A stretch of DNA of 64,000 nucleotides from Takakia lepidozioides. Its lineage: Eukaryota; Plantae; Bryophyta. The stretch is taken from the NCBI GenBank assembly GCA_030704615.1, contig CM060732.1, forward strand, positions 26,970,001 through 27,034,000, given 5' to 3'. The translations under genes and the position numbers were made by a program. A model generated the notes under the pieces. The model was not told the DNA's origin, made no database searches, and saw nothing but the letters and a program-made list of their open reading frames with translations. Of the stretch, positions 25,809 through 35,852 are shown piece after piece; position 1 is the stretch's first letter, and every line of letters starts with the position of its first letter.

Positions 25809-26084
25809 CGCCCATGTAGAAGGAGGAAGGGCTTAGATTTGTCTGGAGTTGCTAAATGTGAGACACCGTGTTCGATCAATAAAACAACCCATCGTACCTC
25901 ACTTCTGTGTGCTTGTGTTTCATCGTGTTCAAGAACTGCCGTAATTGGCCCACTGTTTACAATTTGAGGTCTCATTTCTACAATGTGACTGTCCATATGA
26001 ATATACCAGAGTCAGCGATATCAGAGTCCTGAGGTGAAGAAAATCCATCTATGAGTAAAAGGAAACATGTACACGCAGAAGCTC

Positions 26085-26665
26085 GGAAATTCGGCACCGC
26101 ATTTCATTTTTCTCCATGCAGCGATTTCTGGCAGCTCCCTTTCCTCCGTTGTCGTCGTAACGGAAATGTTGTATAGCATTTCATTTCCTGACATGGCATT
26201 ACCATACTTCGATTTGGAAATGCGGCGCCGCATTTCCATATTGGACCTTGAATTGTCCGAGCATGTCAAGTCGCTAATGCTTGTCCATGTCCATACTTGA
26301 AATGCGCCACCGTATTTCCATGTCCGTCATCGAAATTTCGTACCGGACAATGAAATGCGGCACAACGTTTCCGGAGAGCACAATGGAATGCGGTGCCGCA
26401 TTTCCGTCCATCAAGACGGAATGCCCACACGGGTCTGGAATTGGACAAACAACGATGTCTGTTTTGGAAATGCGGCACCGCATTTTCATGTTGGGCAATC
26501 GAAAGTTTTTATAGGACAATGTAAGTTTTTATAGGACGATGGAATGCGGTGCCGCATTTCCGTCAAAGCGTCTGGAATTGGACAAACAACGATGTCCGTT
26601 TTGGAAATGCGGCGCCGCATTTCCATGTACGTCATCGAAATTTCTTATTTGACAATGGAATGCGG
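26085..26665. repeat. Second cluster of GAAATGCGGYRCCGCATTTC palindromes, upstream of the ParB-MTase gene
   Basis: About nine degenerate copies, with a local duplication of TCTGGAATTGGACAAACAACGATGTC. Confidence 0.85.
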
Positions 26666-29600
26666 AGGGATCGCAAGAATCCGAAGAGCCGCAGGCAGAG
26701 TCCGTGGAGCTAGCTGCAGCACGCACACCCGCCGATCCACGAGCACGGGTCTTCTTGGCGGGCCTAGCCCTGTGCGTTTCAAGGACGCGGTTTCCAAGGG
26801 CAAGTCTTTGCAGTTCATAGCCCCAGAGAGCGACTCGCCTTCGAAGGTCATGGAGAATCGCCAGCAGGGGTCTAGCCCTTCTCCAGCAAAGACGAAGAAG
26901 AAGCAGCCCGTCCTTCAACTTGTTTCTGAACCGGACCAGGCCGTTTCCCCCCCACCCAGGCAAATGAAGCAGATTCAATTGCAGCAAACACCTTCACCTG
27001 CAAGAATGAGGAAGCACAAGGCAATCAGGGGGAGGGCGGAGCAGTCTCCCACAAAACCGATTCCACGAGCTGAAACCCAGTTCCTGCTTGATTTCCAGCC
27101 TGGTGATGTTGGGGGCGTCTCTGCTGCAGCGAAGGCAATGGGATCGACCGATATCGTCAATCTGGTACCGGAGGAGGGTGCTGCCTCTCAACGCTCGCAG
27201 CAAGACCTGACCACCGTTGAGGAAGATCTTCATAATACTGAAGGCCCGGAGGAGGCCTCTGCAATTGCAGAATTGCCCGCAAAGATTCCCCAGAGTGCAG
27301 CTCCAGTTGGGGATGCTCCAGCTGCTCAGCCCCTACCAGCAGAAATGTCTCCGGAGGAATTCCAAAGTGCAACGGATACAATGTTGGAGGAGACACATAG
27401 TAGCATTGGCAGAGTTCTGGGCAGCAGGGTATTCCAGCGGACTCTTCGAATCCCACTCTATCGCATGGTCTCCTTCTTCCATCGTCAGGCAGGCACTTCC
27501 CGGAGATGTGGATAAGCTCAAGTTCGCATTTCGAGAAGGGTACCGTCTAGGTTCGCCAACCTTCTACGTTTCCCTTGAGAATGAGGACGGCGAATCTCGT
27601 GGACCCACTGCAGATGAATTGTCAACATGGGATATCCACTGGCACACTCGCAACAACGAATTTGAGGCAACCCTGAAGGGTGATCCAGACTTCGGCCATA
27701 TGTCGAGTAAAATGTTCTTTGTGTGGGACGGGAATCACCGACTTCTCGCCTGGTGGGAGTACATCAAGCAGAACCATGCCAAGCACATTGGCTGGCATTA
27801 CATGGTGGAGTGTGTCATCCTCAAGGTGAAGGCGGCAAACTCCTCCCTGCTCAAGAATGCCATGGCGGACCTCAACTCGTAAGATACTCATACCCTCCCA
27901 AGCACGTTCGAAATGCGGTGCCGCATTTCGGTTTCCAATCTGTTTTGTTTCCGTGCTTTCGTGGACTGAACTGGAGAGTGTGCCTTGCAGGGTCACTGAA
28001 AATGCGTACGTGCATACCCACATGGTACATATGTTGTACAGGGTGAGGAAAACTGGTCTCACTGATCCGCACATGTTTGCAAAAATGCTGGAGCCCGAGC
28101 TCATTCAGAAAGCCGTGGCAAAAACTGACCGGACATGGTATCGTCTCACTATGGATGGAATGGTGGAGGTGATATACGAAATAAGTCGTCCTCCCATTTC
28201 CCTCTGCTCAACCTTCCCCAATTTCCAGTAATCTTTCCACTTGAATCGAATGTAACGCTTCTGCATGTTTTTGTTGGCAGTCAAACATTAAGCTGGATTT
28301 GGCCCATGCCAAACGCTTCTTCATGGAAAGTGAGGGGCAGGTCAAAACGTTGCAATCATTGACTGAGCACTTGAAGGAAGCCGGGGTCAAGTCCAGAACG
28401 AAATACAAGTCAAAGCTTGTGAAGCTGGTGGCCATTGCAGATCCGACACTTGGAAAGGACTTCATACCCAAGATTGCAAAACACTATTCTCGGGCCATGC
28501 AGCCGACCATGCAGTTGGAGAAACTGCATCACCTCTCAACGGCATGTGTTGAAGCAAAAGAGAAGGTGATGTTTCAATGCACTGAAGTTCCTTCCTAGCA
28601 ATAGCCACTCTTCTTCCTGCTCCTGACATTGGATCGGAAATGGCAGACACGGTGGCTGTCGATCTGGAATGCATCGGAGAGTATAAGGACAATGTGGTCT
28701 TTTCCACTCGAAGTTTCCGACCCTGCAGTGGATGTGTGGCTCAACCGCATGACTTGGTGGTTCCAGGTAATTCACGGTACTTCCCCAGATTTGCTTTTCT
28801 GAAATGAATTCCCTGAACTGCTACGTGACAATGCATGTGGGAATCGTAGGTAATGACGAATGCGAAGGAGCAAGTCGTAATGCATACAAATTCGTTTGGC
28901 TTGTACATCAAATGGGATGGAACACAGACATTGGAAGACTACGTGACACGTTTCAGATGTGCATACAAGGACAACCTCTTCGCCAGGGAGCTGCAGACAG
29001 CAAGAAGGAGCGTGGAGTTTACACATCAGGAGGGAGCGGGAAAAGCTGCAATGCGAATTGTTTATAGGTGAAGCCCAGTTGTCCTTGTATGCAAAGCCTG
29101 GTTATGAGGTTTGTCTGGGAAATGCGGCACCGCATTCGCATTTTAAGTTTTCGGTTGCACTCTGCGGGTACGTTGGTCTCAACATTTGCTCACGCATGCT
29201 GACTGCCCTGCAGGTATATGAAATACGTGCTTCTTCAGACAGGGGCCCTGACTCAAGAGCCCCTATTCTTCATGGCTTGGACCGTGGCGGGCCCAAGCTG
29301 TGTCTACACACCCGAGATGCAGAAACAATGGCATGCCGCGCATCTGGTTGAATGCCCGTGGTACCTGGACATGTCTGGCGGAATTGTTGACAAGTCTGAG
29401 AAAGATCTGCACGCGAAAGCAGAAGAGAAGAGAAAGGTAAGACGTGTCCCTGCTTGGCCAGAGTCGGCAAAGGAAACTGCTGCTTTGGAACAATCCAGAA
29501 AGGCAGCTGAGATGGCACAGAAGACGGTGGATGCAGCTGTGCAGGCTCAACAGAAGGGGTCCAAGAAGCGGACTCGCCAGCAAGGAGCAGCAGTTGTGAC

Positions 29601-31537
29601 ACCCAAGAAAACGAAGAAGCAGAAACAAATAGTGCAGGTAGAGGGTGAGGAAGAGGACTCCGATGGAGACTTTGCAACCAGCCCACCCCCCGAGACGCAG
29701 CCGAAATCCCATGTGCCCACCGTTGTCATGAGAGGGACGAAAACTGGCTCGGCAAAGAAGGCACTCTTCAACCCCCCAGGGGGGCACCCTTTTGAGCTGG
29801 TGGAAATGAAGAGGCCAAAAGTGGATCCCGATATAGTAGTCCAGTGTGTGAATGAGAGTTTCTTGGCGGCTTTGGATGGACGGGCAGCCAAGTTGGCATA
29901 CATGAAGACCATGGAGGGTCTGAAGGGCAGAGCATTGAAGAAGGCGGCTGCCGAAGAGCCTTCTGACACCCCTGGGTTTCTGAAGATGGTCTCGTTCTTT
30001 GAGAGGGTGTGTGCAAACAAGGATTGCAGGAGGGGCGGAAATGCCACCGAGTGGTCTTGCGATATGATCATCTTGGATATTCCGGACGGAGAGCCTATGG
30101 AAGGACTGCAAGCTTTGCCATCTTGGAATAGGTACTCCAAGGACTTTTGGAAGAAAGGATTTGGGCTCGCCCGCATGGTGTTGGACGACAGAGGCTGTGT
30201 GGTTGTCCTGGCGAGCAGAGGCAAAAACAAGCAGACAGGAATTGCAAAGTGGACCCGCAAGAGCGCCGTCCCGATTCTGAAGAAGAAGTGGACGTGCATC
30301 AACACATTGGGCCTTCGGTCGGAAGGGAAGAAGGTAATTACGACATTGGCACTTGTCCTTTCATTTTCTTAGGAGTTTTGAAATGCGGTGCCGCATTCGA
30401 TTTCTAATCGTTCCCCACTGTGTATGCAGACGAAGCAGTTCGATGCATACTACTTTGTGAAGGAGAACTCCACCTTTGCTTTCCGGAAGGAGGGATTGTT
30501 GGTTGACCCGAACTGCGACCCCATCAATTACGACGTCCTGTTCAACAACGTTCCCACGGAACTTCTCCCTCATAGCATCACTTCAACTGAACCCCTGCGG
30601 TATTCACGGACTCGGAGCCCTGCCTTCATTCAGACAATACATGCACTGACGTGGAGGGCACAGTGCTCGACCTCATCTGTGGGACAGGTATGCAGAATCT
30701 TGTTGTATGCTATTCTGCAAGTTCTTGTTATGCTTTCATTCGCAACATCTGAAGGGCCATGTCATAATGTGTGGATGGCATTGTAACAGGTGCCTCAATG
30801 TGGGCTGGGCGGTTTTCCGACCGGCACCTCCTTGCCTACGAGGAGGACACATCCGTCTGGGGATCCCATCTGGAAGGGCTGCAACGGAAAGTGAAGGCTC
30901 CCATCGAAGCCAATGACTCCTCGGATTCGTCAGAGTCGGAGGAAGAGACAGTGGACATTGATGCCGAGGAGAACCCGCAATACGAGTGAGTGCAAACATT
31001 GTAAGTTTGCAAAGCCTTCTGGGTGATTTTTTGTCAAACGCATTTTCGGACTGTGGTTCTCATTGGTCTCGTTGGTGATTGTTATGTGCAGGATTCCAGG
31101 ATCCGGGTCGAAACATGTAGGGCCTACACTTCCTGCCAGGAAGAATGTCCCGTTCTTTGCGAGGGCCGACTTCATGACGAGCCCGTGAAGGACTACTCCC
31201 TTCCTAGTTATGCAGCTAAACTCGCAAATACAGCGATTAGACGATGTGAGAATCCCAGTAAAGTAGAACAGATTGTGGAGAGGGCTAGGGAGGACAGAAG
31301 GATAAGGAAAGAGTTGGCAACAGCTGAGACAGGTAGACGGGTGCGAAAGTTCATATGTGATTCAGCGGATGAGAGCGATGCAGACAAGGAGGACGGTCGG
31401 TTCCGCAAGGTGAAGATGGGATTTTTGAAAGCCTGGCCAACGAGCAGTCCGCTGGAGATGAGAAAGGCAATGACGGGGTGGAGGCGGAGCAGGACAATCA
31501 AAGATAGGACGACGATAGTGATGATTTTCTAGATTAA
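26655..31537 (+). pseudogene. Multi-exon ParB/Srx-like + beta-class N6A/N4C DNA methyltransferase-like fusion gene, copy B (near complete, several frameshifts)
   Basis: Low-complexity N-terminus, then LRIPLYRMVS..VRQALPGDVDKLKFAFREGY..FYVS..FFVWDGNHRLLAW (DGNHR within 27721-27744), a helical middle and a K/E-rich linker. Then VQCVNESFLAAL; CDMIILDIPDG (DMIILDIPDG at 30061-30090); FGLARMVLDDRGCVVVL; RSPAFIQTI; EGTVLDLICGTG/ASMWAGRFSDRHLLAYEED (30654-30849, spliced across GT-AG intron 30688-30789); acidic tail. Other GT-AG introns: 27879-27990, 29109-29213, 30334-30429, 30986-31091. The start codon is uncertain. Confidence 0.75.
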
Positions 31538-31675
31538 TAGAATTTTAATGAACTCTCTGTACATTTAAATTCTATTCCAAAGTATATAAAGGAAATTCTC
31601 CCCGTCCTTCATGTCCCCTCTCCCATTTGGTTCTCAACGACAACATCATCCAAACCTGGTCCCTCCCAAAATCTG

Positions 31676-32000
31676 AAATGCGGCACCGCATTTCAATGTC
31701 TGAACGGAAATGTGGCAACTGCAAAAACCTCCTTTGGAAATGTGGCACCGCATTTCCAAAACCGGGGCAAGAACAATTTTCCGTTTCATGGTTTGGACAT
31801 CAGAAACTGTTCGGACAAACGGAAATGCGGTGCCGCATTTCCGTTTCCGACACGGCAGTTTTGCCGATTGCCAGCTCCTTCCATGGAGGTAAATGGAAAT
31901 GCGGAGGTCGAACATGGAAATGCGGTGCCGCATTTACCTTTTGGAGATGGACATTTTTCCAACTGTAGACCCATCGACGAAAATGCGGCTCCCCATTCCA
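31676..32000. repeat. Third cluster of GAAATGCGGYRCCGCATTTC palindromes, downstream of the ParB-MTase gene
   Basis: Six to seven degenerate copies. Confidence 0.85.
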
Positions 32001-32019
32001 TGATGCTAGACGGGAAAGT

Positions 32020-32330
32020 GAGGTCGTGCGTGATCTGTCCGGCATCCCATTCCACCTTGGTATATCGAGGTCAATAATTTTCAGGACCCACGGACCGCAT
32101 TGACCCTCGCCCTCACCTCGCTCAAAGCGGTAATAGCCCTCCAGATACTCCATTGCGCGCAAAGACTCCCGCTTGATTCCAGAAGCGTCTGTGAAAACAG
32201 AGAGCCAGACAATGATGTCTCCTGATTCTGGTTGAACATAGCATAATCGTGGCCATGATAAGGGCAGTCAGCAGGATTTTGGCGGCACGGCATCCTTGAA
32301 AAAGAGTAGCGGAGTACGCTCAATAACAGC
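32020..32330 (-). pseudogene. Fragment (N-terminal half) of the unknown protein family at 32700-33413
   Basis: VLRYSFSRMPCRQNPADCPYHGHDYAMF and LRAMEYLEGYYRFERGEGEGQCGPWVLKIIDLDIP, versus VLRSSFARMPCFRNRDDCPYGGFDYAMY and LSAFEYIPGQYAFERGDNLGLRSPWLLRILDSDFP. Frameshifted. Confidence 0.78.
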
Positions 32331-32699
32331 AGCTCCCGGATGGAGGAGGCAGCAGCGCGGTGGCTGGAAGAAATTCAAGCAAACGCAACAATTCCTCACA
32401 AACACTAAAGGGCACATTTAAATTTCCCCCCGACAGGAACCTGCACGGATGAAGATTGGCTGCTCCATGAATGTAGCCGTTTCAGTTTCCTTCCCTGCCA
32501 TGCAAACTATGGGCAGTAAGTGCCAGGTGGGCCTATAGCCACTCGAGACGACGAAGTCCATCCCCCCTTTGATGTAAATGCGGCGCCAAATTTCCATCCG
32601 GGGGATGGACTTCGGTGGCAGATTTCAAACTATACCCCGTGGATGAGAAAGAGGTATCGGTTCATCCACGGTTGGCGTGATGAACACGTTACACGATGA

Positions 32700-33413
32700 T
32701 TGGTGGGTACGTGTGACCCAGATGCTCCATTATTAGAGCCCGCACTGCTCTTCCGCTTCTCATCATTTCAAAAATCTAAGGGCTTCGTTGTTGTCCGCAA
32801 GGTCATTGTCATCGGCATCAAAGACGTCCTCAGGTCCTCCTTTGCAAGGATGCCGTGCTTCCGGAACCGGGACGACTGCCCTTATGGAGGCTTCGATTAT
32901 GCAATGTATTCGGCCACATCGGGAGACATCGTTATCTGGTACACAGATTACACAGAAGATACTGGTTCGAATGTGGAAACATTGTCCGCTTTTGAGTATA
33001 TCCCAGGCCAGTACGCCTTCGAGCGGGGTGACAATCTTGGTTTGAGGAGTCCGTGGCTCCTGCGCATCCTTGATTCCGATTTTCCCAGCTACGACGGGCA
33101 CCCATGCAGAAGAATGCGCACTGCTATGCTGTTGCGGTGGAACTGCTGCCAGTGGACGTGGGTGGACTCCATCGGAGAGACTTATACTCCTGAAGGAGTG
33201 CGCTCATCTTCTCCATTGTATGGGGACATTTGCATTGGTGTGGAGGACAAAAACGTGAAGCTTTCCATATTCGATGGTGGTATGATTGAAGGGCACAACA
33301 TTGTGGTGAACATCAACAGGGGCGGTACAACGGCTGTAATCCAGTTTACCTGGAGGAGCCCGATGACTCATGAGCTAGTTCTCAGAGCAGTCGAAGTCCC
33401 ATTGACAACGTGA
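32700..33413 (+). CDS. Intronless open frame (~237 codons), protein of unknown function, element-borne
   Basis: Uninterrupted frame whose amino-acid sequence is conserved in two diverged paralogous fragments in this window; AATAAA follows the stop. The true start is uncertain: the frame opens at TTG and the first ATG is near 32850. Confidence 0.6.
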   Translation: MVGTCDPDAPLLEPALLFRFSSFQKSKGFVVVRKVIVIGIKDVLRSSFARMPCFRNRDDCPYGGFDYAMYSATSGDIVIWYTDYTEDTGSNVETLSAFEYIPGQYAFERGDNLGLRSPWLLRILDSDFPSYDGHPCRRMRTAMLLRWNCCQWTWVDSIGETYTPEGVRSSSPLYGDICIGVEDKNVKLSIFDGGMIEGHNIVVNINRGGTTAVIQFTWRSPMTHELVLRAVEVPLTT

Positions 33414-33874
33414 CTTGTATTCAGAAGGAACAGGGCTAAAGATTTGTTTGCACAATCAGCACAGTAGACGTGCTTCAAATGCAATTCATGTGGATCAATA
33501 AAAACCCCATTGTGCCCTCTTTTTGTTCTATTTTGTATCCATCGTTCCCAGAATGCATCATTCCTCATTTCGTTTGGGATTGGGAGTGTGGGTGGATTTT
33601 GCAAGTGGCTGGTAGGCTGAAATGGGCCCCCATTGTACAGAGTAGTACCACCCTACCATTCGCGAAACATTGCCTTTCAATATGTAATTCTAAAAAACAT
33701 TGCCGAACCTCCTTCATCGGGAGGTCCTTCTCCCCCTATGACCGTGACACCCTAAACCCTATTCCCGCGGATACTCATTTCCGGAAAATAGTCCTGCTCA
33801 TGTTTTTTTCGACACTTACGACTCTACTCATGGCTCATGCTGCTCATGGCTCATGGCTCATGAAATAGCAGCCC

Positions 33875-34730
33875 CCCTAAATTTTCATGTTGAATTCTGC
33901 AAGTTAACTGGTTGAGTGAACCTTTGATAGTTTGGAGTGACTTTGACATGGTCCTGCCAATGTGACAACAGGGAAGTATCTAGAAACAGGTAACAGCTGA
34001 GACGAGGAGAAGCTGTGGAATGAATACTTTTCTGACCCTAGTCCATGGTGGGACAATCGAGGCAAAAAGGTGAATGCCTGTTGGATTACAGAGAGTAGCA
34101 GATGCAATTGACCATAGTGATAAGTTGAGTTGGGTGTTTCCTAGAACAAATCTAGGCTGTCATTGTCAGGTGTTAGCAGCAAGGCAAGGATGTATGCATG
34201 ATTTGTGCAGCGGCATGGATAGCTGAAGGAGCAGGGATAGAGTTTGGGTCCAAATTCATCCAAGAGGGCCGGACTTCAAGCTCTAGATTACCTATGATTC
34301 CATGTGGATCAATAGCTACAAGAAACCTGCTGCATGGGTAGATGGTCAACTAGAGGTAGCAGCTGCAGCGGCACAGTTGATAAAATCAGGCACCTCAACC
34401 ATGACCACAGCTTCTGAAAGAGGATCTACAGAGGTGGCTGAATGAGATGTGGTGTTTTGGAGTGCCATGATTGCAAGGTATGTGCAGCATGGTATGGGAT
34501 TAAGGCTTTGGAAACCTAGGAGCAAATGATGTGGGAAGGGATGAAGCAAGACCAGGTCATGTTCATTTGTGTTTGTAATATGCATATGGGAGCCTAGCAG
34601 CCCTGGGAAGGGGCAAAGAGGTTCATGGTGACATTATCAAAGCTGGAATTGTACCAGATGTCATTCTGAACATTCCCCTGGTGTACATCTACATCAAATG
34701 TGAGCCTGGCAGCCCTGGCCAGATAAGAAC
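33875..34730 (+). pseudogene. OSB-PDF motif + PPR gene fragment
   Basis: DEEKLWNEYFSDPSPWWDNRGKK, an intron, then IHPRGPDFKL*ITYDSMWINSYKKP, followed by PPR remnants (DVVFWSAMIA, GKEVHGDIIKAG). Confidence 0.8.
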
Positions 34731-35852
34731 GTGAAGAGGGATTACAATTTCGTTCGCCCGGGCGTAGACATTGTCGGCAATGAGAAGAAGGCATGAAAGC
34801 AGTTCAGTGTTCCTAGCATGCATACGGAGACGCCGTGTAGAAGTTAGGCTCAGACTTTTATTATGGCTGGATTTTGTTGACAGTGTTCCAGCACTTACTC
34901 TCTGGGATTTTATTTTATTTTGTGGAGCTTGAATCCCCAATGGTACTTCTTTCACTACACTAGTGGTATGTGTTCCTCTAGTCATGTTCCTAATCACTTG
35001 AACGCCACTGTAATAGTGGTATAATTTAAAACTGTAAGAGTAGCCAAATACACACAATTGCCTCCATTACCACTCCTGTAGTGGTGTAAGTAATCACCTA
35101 TATATTACTGTATTAGTGGTATGAATTCCTCCAGTGGTATTCCTAATCACTTACACACCACTCTGTTAGTAATCATTCCAATCCATAGTTCCCACTCAGA
35201 GATACATCGTGGATGATTCAAACAGCTTACATACCACTATGTGGGTAATCATTCCAATGACCTACTGAGAGATGTCATCCACTCACATAACCACGGTTTG
35301 AGTGATATTGTATATTCTCAGTTTTCATATAATGACTCTGTGAGTCATTTCGCGATCACTCAACAAGTGGTTTCGCAAGTTATTGAATTTTTCACTCCAT
35401 CCATTTCGAAGCACCGACACATGACACATGTCCATGCTAAGAGTGTCGCCACGTGTCAACATAATCTCCAATATCATCCACGGACCACCGACTTCCATGT
35501 GTCCACTCGAAAACGGAAGTGGTTACTTTACCACTGTGACACATCAGTTTACCACTGTGACACGTCAAAAGTGGTTGGTTTACCTCAGTGACACGTCATT
35601 GACACATCATAGTGGTGAGTTTACACGTCACAGTGATTAATTTACCACTGTGACATGTCAGCGAACAGGTGGACCCGGACGTGAGTGGTTCGAACCACTG
35701 TCCTTAACCACTGATGCCACGTAATATCTTTTACCACTCACTTGTCCTAATCCACTGGTTCTTTGTCACTCTGGGGTCGGAGTGGTTAAGTGTCTTTTAC
35801 CACTCAAAATGAGTGGTTAACATAGTGGTTATTCCGCGTTTTCCTTCTAGTG

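Larger units (their letters stand above)
18544..35852 (-). mobile_element. CACTA (En/Spm) element, 17.3 kb, internally deleted and loaded with foreign sequence
   Basis: Left TIR CACTAGAGGAAAAACGTGGAATAACCA; right TIR TGGTTATTCCGCGTTTTCCTTCTAGTG; 3-bp TSD ACA at 18541-18543 and 35853-35855; dense CCACT/AGTGG subterminal motifs at ~18550-19750 and ~34950-35850; transposase remnant inside. Confidence 0.92.

Noticed and set aside
29263-30305. Minus-strand ORFs of 282 and 252 aa
   Set aside because: Antisense shadows of the plus-strand exon 29214-30333.
26655-33413. Bacterial or phage contamination as the origin of the ParB-MTase region
   Set aside because: The gene has GT-AG introns at positions shared between paralogs and is nested within plant CACTA and PPR sequence.
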